Both the position numbers and the translations under genes were made by a program. Under the pieces are notes generated by a model. The model was not told the DNA's origin. It did no database searches and saw only the letters and a program-made list of their open reading frames with translations. Of a stretch of 64,000 bases of DNA, positions 31,715 through 40,109 are shown in pieces. The stretch comes from Candidatus Babeliales bacterium (GTDB lineage: Bacteria > Babelota > Babeliae > Babelales > JANWKD01): contig CAVRJO010000001.1 in the NCBI GenBank assembly GCA_963722255.1, positions 832,001 to 896,000 on the forward strand, given 5' to 3'. Each line of letters begins with the position of its first letter. Position 1 is the first letter of the stretch.

Positions 31715-31769
31715 TTTTTACCTCACAATACTAAAAATTTTATTACAAAACAGAAAAATATACATGATC

Positions 31770-31798
31770 ATTGTACCAAGAGAGTCTCTCTTTGACAA
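31770..31798 (-). promoter_or_regulatory. Sigma-70 promoter upstream of moxR with palindromic spacer
   Basis: Minus strand TTGTCA-17 bp-TACAAT with extended -10 TG; spacer contains AAGAGAG-N-CTCTCTT. Confidence 0.6.
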
Positions 31799-31851
31799 GG
31801 AGGATATTTATAATAAAAATTATAGTAGTGAGACATGTTAATGTAGAAAAA

Positions 31852-33693
31852 CTAGCTTCTCTGCATTCTTTTTGCTCTAACCAAAAGATCTTTTAAGTGA
31901 GCAGCAACTCTTTTTAATTCTTCTAATTGTGCTATGAGTTTATTTGTATTTACAGGAGTTCTTGTAGCTATGCTTCTTTTTCTTTCCTCTTCTTTACGAC
32001 GTTCTTCTGCTTGCGCGCTGCGTTGAGCTTCGAGTTGTTCTTTTTTTCGTTGTTCTTCAAGAGCTTTTTTGCGCTGCTCTTCTTTTTGTTTTTTTTCTCG
32101 TTCTCTTTGCGCTTCTTCTTGCCGTTTACGTTCGCGCTCTCCTTGCTCTCTTCTTTTCCGTTCTTCTTCTAAGCGGCGTTGTTCTTCAAGAGCTTTTTTA
32201 TGCAGTTCCAGTTCTCTTTGGCCTCGCTCTTGTTCAAATTTTTCAATCTTTTCTCTTTCTATACGTTGGGCTTCAAAAAGGCTTGCTTTTTCTTCTTCTT
32301 CTCTACGTTTTTTTCTTAATTCTTCTGCTTTTTTTTCTTCTTCTAGAAGCTTATCAATGAGTTTTGAAATGGCTTTTTCATCTGCTTCTTTTTGTTTGCC
32401 CTTTTGTTCTTTTTTCTCTATTTTTTCTATTAATAGTTTTCTTGTTGCTTTTTCTCTTTCGGCTTGTTTACGTATAGCTTCTTGCATTTCTTCTCGTCGT
32501 TTTTGTCCTTCCTCTGTAGGAGCTTCTTGAGCAGCTTCTTCGATTTGTTGGTAAAAAAGAATGTAACCGTCTTTATTAATCTCTTGTTGGGCTTGTGTCT
32601 CTGTAACCCGATTAAAAGCTGAGTCGTTACATAAATACCATTGATTGTTTAATTTTACATAAGCAACATAATGACCAGAATTTGCAGCAGGTCCTTGATG
32701 ATTAATTGCTGCATAAAGATCATATTTTGTATTCTTTGTGCCTTCTATAAATTTCGTCATACTAAGGATGAAGGGAATTTCTATCTTGTGCGATAATTTT
32801 ATGACATCGCGGTCATTCTTTTCTGGGTCAAAGCCACTTCCAAATCTCAAAAGGTTGATCAACAATATCGGCGATGGTTGCGTTATTTGCTGTTCATAAA
32901 GTTGTTTATTTAGCATCTCGGTCAAACTGGCATAACGCTGTATTTTTGATAGAATCTTAATCCGTCCTTTTGAGCTATAAGCATCTGAAGATTCTCCTCG
33001 TTCTACTTGATTAAAATTTAATATTTCATTACCAGCAAACGTCGGTAGAAAAAGCAAAAGTTGTGGTCGAATATATGGTTCTTCTTTTATTTTGAAAAAT
33101 AAAAGATCTGATATTTTTTTATAGTTTATCGAATCTTCATTGGTGCCTTGTAATGAAGAAATTAATCTATCTAAAAATTCGCTCGCATCTTGTTCTTCAG
33201 CCATTTTTTGAATTTTGTTCAAGAGGATTTTTATTTCTTCAGGATTTTTTTTAAGGGTATTTGCTAATGTTTTGACAAGTTCTGATTCCTTGCCTTGTTC
33301 TTTTCCATATTGTTTCAAAGATTCTTCAAGAGCTCTCTTTAATTCTATATCTTCTATTGAAGATGATTCTTCTTCTTTAATAGAAGGTGATTCGCGTTGC
33401 TCAGTAGTAGGTACAAGGGAAGAATAAAATGTGAATAAAGAAGCATCGATCGCGTGTTGATCATTGAGTTTAATTGAGTTCAATAAGTTTTGAAATTGTT
33501 GTGAGATTGGGTCAGTAAATTGTAAAGTTGGTATAAGCTCTGTCAATGGATTAGTTGCATTAAGCGCTTGAATAATTGCATTGACATAACAGCTGCTCCC
33601 ATAATTTCTTAACTTTGGTGGTTGTGTTTTAATTGAAATTGGAAACACAACTAAAAACAATAAACAACTTACTATCAAAATAATTTTTTTCAT
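31852..33693 (-). CDS. Secreted USP-family (peptidase C19) deubiquitinase with UIM-like insert and long charged helical tail
   Basis: Signal peptide; Cys box LRNYGSSCYVNAIIQAL; EQDASEFL; His box YDLYAAINHQG..NSGHYVAYVK...WYLCNDS; GYILFY; E/K/R-rich tail. Confidence 0.9.
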   Translation of the reverse strand: MKKIILIVSCLLFLVVFPISIKTQPPKLRNYGSSCYVNAIIQALNATNPLTELIPTLQFTDPISQQFQNLLNSIKLNDQHAIDASLFTFYSSLVPTTEQRESPSIKEEESSSIEDIELKRALEESLKQYGKEQGKESELVKTLANTLKKNPEEIKILLNKIQKMAEEQDASEFLDRLISSLQGTNEDSINYKKISDLLFFKIKEEPYIRPQLLLFLPTFAGNEILNFNQVERGESSDAYSSKGRIKILSKIQRYASLTEMLNKQLYEQQITQPSPILLINLLRFGSGFDPEKNDRDVIKLSHKIEIPFILSMTKFIEGTKNTKYDLYAAINHQGPAANSGHYVAYVKLNNQWYLCNDSAFNRVTETQAQQEINKDGYILFYQQIEEAAQEAPTEEGQKRREEMQEAIRKQAEREKATRKLLIEKIEKKEQKGKQKEADEKAISKLIDKLLEEEKKAEELRKKRREEEEKASLFEAQRIEREKIEKFEQERGQRELELHKKALEEQRRLEEERKRREQGERERKRQEEAQREREKKQKEEQRKKALEEQRKKEQLEAQRSAQAEERRKEEERKRSIATRTPVNTNKLIAQLEELKRVAAHLKDLLVRAKRMQRS

Positions 33694-33818
33694 GACCACC
33701 CTCATAAACTTTTACTGATGTTTTAGTTTAGGCATAAAGGTGTTCAATAAGTCAATTGTTGTGAGTGTATTTATAAAATTAAATAAAAACAAAGCTGTAT
33801 ATTTTTATCAATAAATTA

Positions 33819-34610
33819 TTATGATTTTTTTGTTAATCCTGACATTAGTTCAGTTCCCAAAAAAATCCAACCAATTGTAGCAATACTGATTTTCACAGAT
33901 TTTATAAAAGGAGAAGAACCAATAAAATCTTCTGAAGCCATTAAGCGCCATAACGTACCAATCCCAACTGCACCATGAAATGTCGCTAACGCTAGAGATG
34001 TTTTTGGGTTTTTTTGCATGAATGCCTTTCGTTTAGGAGAAATGGCAGGTGTTTCTGCAGCTGTTTGCATTGTTTCATAAAGCCTTTCGGCATAGGCGCG
34101 TATTCCTGGAGTAAGTAACAGACTATTTAAAGCAATGCTGGGATATGCATATTCATCTTGCAAGAGATATTCGTTTTCTTCAAAATTATAATTCCAAACT
34201 GTGGCAGAGCCTTTGGAGTTTGCTTCTTCTTTTAAAAATACTTTGTTGATTAGTGAGGCAATGATTTCTTTATCTTTTTTATATTCTTGAATAATAAATT
34301 TTTTTACAGTTTCATGTTGAATGAATTGTTTTAAATTTATAATTTGTTGAGCATGTTCATCATTAATAAGATATGTGGGAATACAACGAACAATAACTGT
34401 TTTCTTACCTTGATATTCTTCATAAAAACATACATTGTCAGCTAATGATTTTTGTGCTAAAACTTCACCCATTGCGTCATGGTCTCCAAAATGAGTTGTG
34501 AATTCTGTGCTTGGGTTTTGTTGTGATTCTTGCTGTTCCATTGAGTAGCAAAAATTAATTAATGATACTATTGTTAAAAAAAACAGTGATTTTAAATTAA
34601 TTTTTTTCAT
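33819..34610 (-). CDS. Secreted hypothetical protein with C-terminal hydrophobic segments
   Basis: Signal then MEQ; two hydrophobic stretches at the C-terminus. Confidence 0.7.
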   Translation of the reverse strand: MKKINLKSLFFLTIVSLINFCYSMEQQESQQNPSTEFTTHFGDHDAMGEVLAQKSLADNVCFYEEYQGKKTVIVRCIPTYLINDEHAQQIINLKQFIQHETVKKFIIQEYKKDKEIIASLINKVFLKEEANSKGSATVWNYNFEENEYLLQDEYAYPSIALNSLLLTPGIRAYAERLYETMQTAAETPAISPKRKAFMQKNPKTSLALATFHGAVGIGTLWRLMASEDFIGSSPFIKSVKISIATIGWIFLGTELMSGLTKKS

Positions 34611-34613
34611 TTT

Positions 34614-35351
34614 TTACTTGCTCAAAATTAAATCGGTATTATCCAAATGATCTCTTATCTCTGTTGCCCATATAATTGCTATTTTAACATCTTCAATTTT
34701 ATTGTTTTTTCTATTGGTTATGCAAGAAGGCAGGTGTTTTTCGATTCTTTCTTTTGTAAAAAAACCTGAAAGAATAGTAGATAATCCAAAAATAGTTCCA
34801 GCTCCAACTAATTTGAAATCAGTTTCATAGCTGTTAAAACCGAATTTAAAAAAGTAATAACTCGAAATGCCAAGGATGGTAGTAATGCCTCCGCAAAAAA
34901 GTGAATCTATCGCTATTTTTTTAAAAGATTTATTATGTGGGAAATTTGCTTGTTCCCGCAAATAGTTTTGGTATTGCCGTAATCCTTCAAGTTCAATTTC
35001 AGAATTTTCTTGAATATGCTTTTTTTGTCGTATGAAATTATAAGTATCGTTAATTTTTACCAATTTTGTTAAAAATCGCGCTCGTGTTCTGAAATCAACT
35101 AATTCTTCATGAGATTTATTTTCATTATTATCTACAGAGCTTGTTGAAGGAGTTAGTAGAAATTGTATCCAAAAATAATCAAATAAACAATCAAGAAAGC
35201 TTTTATCATTTTTTTGAGTAAGCCCTTTTGCTATTCCTTTTCCTAATTCCTTTCTAAACCCTTTACGAAAATCGTCCATACCTTTTATAGTGATGCATGA
35301 GAGGGATAGTGCAAGGATAATAAAAAAATACTGTATACTTTTGTTTTTCAT
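34614..35351 (-). CDS. Secreted/membrane hypothetical protein with hydrophobic hairpin
   Basis: Signal then MDD; two Gly-rich hydrophobic segments near the C-terminus. Confidence 0.7.
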   Translation of the reverse strand: MKNKSIQYFFIILALSLSCITIKGMDDFRKGFRKELGKGIAKGLTQKNDKSFLDCLFDYFWIQFLLTPSTSSVDNNENKSHEELVDFRTRARFLTKLVKINDTYNFIRQKKHIQENSEIELEGLRQYQNYLREQANFPHNKSFKKIAIDSLFCGGITTILGISSYYFFKFGFNSYETDFKLVGAGTIFGLSTILSGFFTKERIEKHLPSCITNRKNNKIEDVKIAIIWATEIRDHLDNTDLILSK

Positions 35352-35368
35352 AAATTTGTCCGTTTAAT

Positions 35369-36499
35369 TTAATAATCCCCTTGTAAAATACGACTTCTAT
35401 ACTGCTCCATCAATTTTACCATAAAGTGCAAATTATGAATTGTTGCCAAAGTATAACCTGTTAACTCGTGTGCTTTGAATAAATGGTGCAAGTAAGCTCG
35501 TGTATACTGTTTGCAAGTAAAGCATACACAATTTTTATCAACCGGTTCAAAGCTTTCTTTATTGCTACCATGCATAATTTTGAGATTTCCCATCGTAGTA
35601 AAAAGCAATCCGTGACGAGCACAACGGGTTGGATGCGAACTATCAAAGGTATCAATACCAAGCTGAATAGCCTGATCCAATGAAAGTAGATCCCCAATGC
35701 CTAATAAATGATTTGGTTTTTCTTCAGGAATATGAGGCATGATATCGGTAAGCATAGTAATCATCTCTTCACGATTTTTACCTAAACTTCCGCCAATTGC
35801 ATGGCCATCAAAATCAAGCGATCCAAGGATTTGGCAACTTTTTTTGCGCAGTTCAGGATCAATACCTCCATGGATAACTGAGTAAATGGCCTGGTTATTT
35901 ATATTTTTTTTATGTTCATTAAGTGACCGTTCTTCCCAGCGGTGAGTGCGATCAAATGATTTTTTCAGTGCGCGTTGATCAATATGATAAGGCGGCAGCT
36001 CATCAAAGGGGATAATAATATCAGCGCCAAGAGATTTTTGAGCTTGAATAGAAACTTCCGGAGTTAAGAGTAAGGGCGACCCATCGCGATACGAACGAAA
36101 AAGAACTCCCTCTTCAGAAGTTTTAATAACAGATCCTTCAGTCTTTTTGGTGCCGCGGCTTTTAAGCTCATCATGAACCGTGCCATAGGCCAAACTAAAA
36201 ACCTGGAAGCCACCGGAATCAGTAATAATGGGGCCTTTCCGTTTGATAAAAGTGTGTAGCCCGCCGGCCTTTTTAACAATATCAACGCCGGGTTGAACCA
36301 TAAGATGGTATGTATTGCAAAACATAAGTTGTATGCCAATTTCATCAACAAGATGGCTATCGATTGCCTTAAGGGTTCCGTTGGTGCCAACGGCAACAAA
36401 ATTTGGGGTATCGATAATGCCATGCGGGGTGTGGATTTTTCCTACACGGGCTCGTGATTTTTTTGATTGATAGATGCGTTCAAAGTGTAACTGTTTCAT
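35369..36499 (-). CDS. tgt: tRNA-guanine transglycosylase
   Basis: CNTYHL, TDSGGFQVFSL, HLLGIG, Zn site CVCFTC...H, TIHNL. Confidence 0.95.
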   Translation of the reverse strand: MKQLHFERIYQSKKSRARVGKIHTPHGIIDTPNFVAVGTNGTLKAIDSHLVDEIGIQLMFCNTYHLMVQPGVDIVKKAGGLHTFIKRKGPIITDSGGFQVFSLAYGTVHDELKSRGTKKTEGSVIKTSEEGVLFRSYRDGSPLLLTPEVSIQAQKSLGADIIIPFDELPPYHIDQRALKKSFDRTHRWEERSLNEHKKNINNQAIYSVIHGGIDPELRKKSCQILGSLDFDGHAIGGSLGKNREEMITMLTDIMPHIPEEKPNHLLGIGDLLSLDQAIQLGIDTFDSSHPTRCARHGLLFTTMGNLKIMHGSNKESFEPVDKNCVCFTCKQYTRAYLHHLFKAHELTGYTLATIHNLHFMVKLMEQYRSRILQGDY

Positions 36500-37163
36500 A
36501 AGGCTTTACTCGCGAAATTCTTTTTGAGAACCAAAGGAATGGGGTTGTTCCTGCAATTACCATGAGTTTTATGCAGTAGCTGATACAAATAACTGGAATT
36601 ATAGAATCAAGTGTACCATAAAGCCCTAAAAAGCTAAAGAGGATAGTGTCAAGGAGCTGTGAAAAAACCAAAGAGGCATAATTGCGAAAGACAAGATAGT
36701 TATTATGGAGCCTTTTTCTTAGGAGCTCATAAAGAAAGGAGTCTATACGTTGAACAATATAGTAGGTAAATAATGAAGCGCAGATTATGCGTGGCATAAG
36801 CCCAAAGAGATGGTGAGCGTGATGGTGCATGGTGTCATGCATGCTTGGCATATAGAGAAGATGTATTTGTGAAAGTAGGGTATAGACGAGCGAAAGAATA
36901 AAACTAATGTTAATTGCTTTTTGTGTTATTCTTTTACCATAATACTCTTGTAAAAGATTTAAGCTAAGTACGAGACCTATGGTTAAGGCATCGGTAGGTG
37001 TTGCTTGAAACCCAAAGAGCATGATTTGTTTGGTTACAAAGAGATTAGAAAGAATTGCAAGTAAACCTATAAAAGTTATTAATGCTTCTTTGCCCAGATA
37101 GAGTGCGCCTAGTGCGCATCCTGTTATAAAAAGAGCATGGAAAACAAAAATAAGTTCATTCAT
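36480..37163 (-). CDS. yhhQ: Queuosine precursor transporter (YhhQ/Vut_1 family)
   Basis: SNLFVTKQI, LQEYYGK, PRIICASL, RNYASLVFSQLLDTILF; about 6 TM; overlaps tgt. Confidence 0.88.
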   Translation of the reverse strand: MNELIFVFHALFITGCALGALYLGKEALITFIGLLAILSNLFVTKQIMLFGFQATPTDALTIGLVLSLNLLQEYYGKRITQKAINISFILSLVYTLLSQIHLLYMPSMHDTMHHHAHHLFGLMPRIICASLFTYYIVQRIDSFLYELLRKRLHNNYLVFRNYASLVFSQLLDTILFSFLGLYGTLDSIIPVICISYCIKLMVIAGTTPFLWFSKRISRVKPYETVTL

Positions 37164-37168
37164 GCTAG

Positions 37169-37966
37169 CTATGCCTTATTCAAGAGATATGATAATACTG
37201 ATTGTTTGAACGAAGCTGGGATAAATAATCCCGCAGTTAGCCCCACTAATCCAGTTGCGAGCATGCATGTGCCTGAATAGTTTTTAAAAAAGCTGCTTTT
37301 TTTGTTTAGGTGCTCTGCAGGTATACGTTCCTCGGGTTTTGTTGCTATTGAGGTTGGCTGCAATATTTCAATTTTAGATTGTAGTAATTTTGCTTGGGAT
37401 TGCCGAAATTGTTCTTCAATTTTACGGTTTTTTTTGATCAATCTCTCTCTTGTAGCTCGTATATTATCAAGATCTTTTTGTAGTATTTTATATTCCTCAT
37501 TTAATATACTTATATCAACTCTTAAGGCTTCTCGTTCTTCCTGTAAATCTTCTTCCGAAAAATCTATGATAGGCTCAGGAGCTCGTTGATTACTTTGAAT
37601 ATTTAAATGACGCCTAAGGCTTGCTATTTTTCGTATCTTTCTTTCTAATCTATCGCTTTTTGGTTTTTGTAGCGCATTTATAAACTCTCCAACTTCGATT
37701 CCTGTAGTAAATGTTGTTAGCGGTATTGCTTTGAGTTTTTTAAAAATTTCTCCAAGAGTCGGTAACGATATAAAATTGGTCGCTTCGTGTGAATTTGAAA
37801 AATGAGAAATGTCAGGACGATATGCTGCCGCAGAAATACAGTGTAAGCCATCTCCTGGTTTGGCTTCGTATATTTTAGACTTTTTGTTCATGGTTTTTGT
37901 AACATGAATAGAGCCTAAGCCAATTAGAAATAATAGAAGATTTGAAAAAATTAAAGACTTTTTCAT
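37169..37966 (-). CDS. Secreted coiled-coil protein with C-terminal membrane anchor
   Basis: Signal then MNK; heptad-rich middle; C-terminal hydrophobic helix; paralog of 38063..38794. Confidence 0.75.
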   Translation of the reverse strand: MKKSLIFSNLLLFLIGLGSIHVTKTMNKKSKIYEAKPGDGLHCISAAAYRPDISHFSNSHEATNFISLPTLGEIFKKLKAIPLTTFTTGIEVGEFINALQKPKSDRLERKIRKIASLRRHLNIQSNQRAPEPIIDFSEEDLQEEREALRVDISILNEEYKILQKDLDNIRATRERLIKKNRKIEEQFRQSQAKLLQSKIEILQPTSIATKPEERIPAEHLNKKSSFFKNYSGTCMLATGLVGLTAGLFIPASFKQSVLSYLLNKA

Positions 37967-38062
37967 AAAATACTCCATTTATTATGATTATAATGTATTT
38001 TAATATATTTCAAATGTAACATAAATCTAAAAAAAGACAACTTACTATTAAGTGAGTATTCT

Positions 38063-38794
38063 TTAAGCTTTAGTAAGTAGATATGAGAAAATCGTCTGTT
38101 TTACTATAGGTAATGCTAATCCTGTAGCCAAGCCAATAGCTGCAGTAACTAGTGGTATGGAATAGGTGGAAAGAGGACTCAAATGCTTTTGTGGTATTTG
38201 TTGTGTTGTGTTTGGCATCTTTGTACAATTTCTTCTTACTTGTTCAAGATCATTAGGCACATTGGCTGTTCGTGCTTTTTTAGGATAGGATGGCTTCTTT
38301 TTTTCTTTCAAAATAGCCTTGATCGTATTTGTTTTTTCGGCTTTTCTTCCAATTTCTTCCTTTAATTTTCTATTTTTTGCGATTAGGTTGTTATTTCTTC
38401 TTATTAATCTTCTTCTGGTTTCAAGCAGTTTGTCGCGCTCCTCTTTAATTGGTGTTAAAAGAATATTGAAAAAGTTTTCGAGACAAAGCCTTGAACTATT
38501 TCTATTAAAGGCAATCGAAGAAACTGCATTGTTAACTACTTCACTAGTCAAACCAAATTTGTGAATATCGCCATAATTTATTGTAAGCATTGTATTGGTA
38601 TTAAGGCTACCAGCTAAAGTTCGAGCAAGTGCTGTAAAAATTCTTAAATGCTCTTCTTTTTTTTGATATTTTGATTTTATTTTAAATGTCAGTTCTTGAA
38701 CATAATGAGCGACTTCAATTTCCATAGTCATAGATAGCATTGGTATCAAGTTAAGAATTGCCAACAAAGATAAAGATTTTGCCATTTTTTTCAT
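38063..38794 (-). CDS. Secreted coiled-coil protein with C-terminal membrane anchor (paralog)
   Basis: Signal then MEI; ETRRRLIRRN vs ATRERLIKKN; near-identical tail KQ....SYLL.KA. Confidence 0.75.
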   Translation of the reverse strand: MKKMAKSLSLLAILNLIPMLSMTMEIEVAHYVQELTFKIKSKYQKKEEHLRIFTALARTLAGSLNTNTMLTINYGDIHKFGLTSEVVNNAVSSIAFNRNSSRLCLENFFNILLTPIKEERDKLLETRRRLIRRNNNLIAKNRKLKEEIGRKAEKTNTIKAILKEKKKPSYPKKARTANVPNDLEQVRRNCTKMPNTTQQIPQKHLSPLSTYSIPLVTAAIGLATGLALPIVKQTIFSYLLTKA

Positions 38795-38869
38795 GAGCTA
38801 TCCTAGAATCAAAAATTTTTTAATAAGATTACGTAAATGTTAAGCTCATTAACTACTTATATAACAGCA

Positions 38870-39247
38870 TTATTCCCAAGGTGTAACATTCTTTTGAAGG
38901 GGAATGATTAAATCATATGTGGAAAGATCATATAAATTTTGTCCTTGAAGAAAGTAGTCTCCTTTAATGCGATAATCATACCCATGCCCATTTATAATCA
39001 AGAGTGGTAAATTATCTTGAGTAAAAACCTGAAGAATATTTCCCTTTTGTGAGGATATTATTTTAAAGTCATTTCCATCATATTTTTCATCAAAATTATA
39101 ATATATCCGACCACCTGTCATGCATATGCCGTTGCCAATGTTAAGACAAAAAATCGGTTTTTGCATACAAAAAATTTGAGAGGTGCAAGAGGCAAAGATG
39201 AATGCTAAGATTAAACAGATTATTTGTTTGTTTTTTATAGTGTTCAT
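38870..39247 (-). CDS. Secreted hypothetical protein
   Basis: Signal-like N-terminus then MQK. Confidence 0.65.
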   Translation of the reverse strand: MNTIKNKQIICLILAFIFASCTSQIFCMQKPIFCLNIGNGICMTGGRIYYNFDEKYDGNDFKIISSQKGNILQVFTQDNLPLLIINGHGYDYRIKGDYFLQGQNLYDLSTYDLIIPLQKNVTPWE

Positions 39248-39328
39248 GCAATCTCACTTTATTCGAATTGGATGTTTATTGATGCATTAAAGTATAGAAT
39301 ATATCAGAAAAAAATTCTAGTTATACTA

Positions 39329-40060
39329 TTATGAGCAGAACAATCGAATATAATCTTGTTGTGTTTCTTTTACCATTGTTGCAATGAAATTGATAAAATT
39401 AGAATCATCGCTATGAGCCTTTTCAAGAGCGTTAAAATAATCAGCGCGCATAATTGGCGGAATTATAGTAATGGTGTAACCATCTTGCAAAAGAGCTAAA
39501 TTCATAAGAAGTCGTGCAACGCGACCATTTCCATCAATAAAAGGATGAATGAATACAAGTTTTTTATGTACTAATGCCGCAAATTCTACGGGATGCATTT
39601 GTAAGCGAATCGTCCTGAGCTCATCGATAAAGTCATGCATAAGATTTGGCACATCTTCCGGAACGGGCAAGGGATATTTCGAGCCGCTCAAGTATACTTT
39701 AACGCTGCGATATTTTCCTGCATTATGCTCATCAATTCTAAAATAAAAGAGATGGTGAAGCTGCTTTATAAGGGCTTCGGAAATTATTTTTTCTTTGAGA
39801 TGATCTAATAAAAAGTCAAAAGCATCCGAATGACCAACGGCTTCAAAATGATCCAGCAATCATTTGCCGCCAATAGTAATTCCTTCTTCAAGGACAACTT
39901 TAGTTTCAGACTCTGTTAAGGAGTTGCCCTCAAGAGCGTTGCTTGTGTATGTTAGACTAATTTTGTAATAATTCCACATTTGATTAAATGTTGGATCAAG
40001 TGGTCTAAACTCATCAATCTGTTTTTTTAGTGCATCAATTTGTTTAAAAATGGTTTTCAT
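39329..40060 (-). pseudogene. fic: Fic-domain AMPylase interrupted by one in-frame TGA at 39860-39862
   Basis: ORFs 39860..40060 and 39329..39859 are in the same frame (...ITIGGK*LLDHFEA...). SNALEGN is upstream of the stop; HPFIDGNGRVAR is downstream. Confidence 0.8.
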
Positions 40061-40109
40061 TTAAAATAACCCTTTATTTTTATATTCTAGCGCCACTATG
40101 TACGTATCA

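Noticed and set aside
31927..32530. Phe/Ser-rich plus-strand ORFs (31927..32172, 32069..32530)
   Set aside because: Antisense shadows of the E/K/R-rich USP tail.
39860..39862. TGA recoding (genetic code 4/25 or selenocysteine) to explain the Fic stop
   Set aside because: TGA ends other genes here, including ATGA-coupled junctions (gspL/gspM, 41129/tsaD). Conserved genes have no internal TGA, and the site is not a Cys/Trp-type position.
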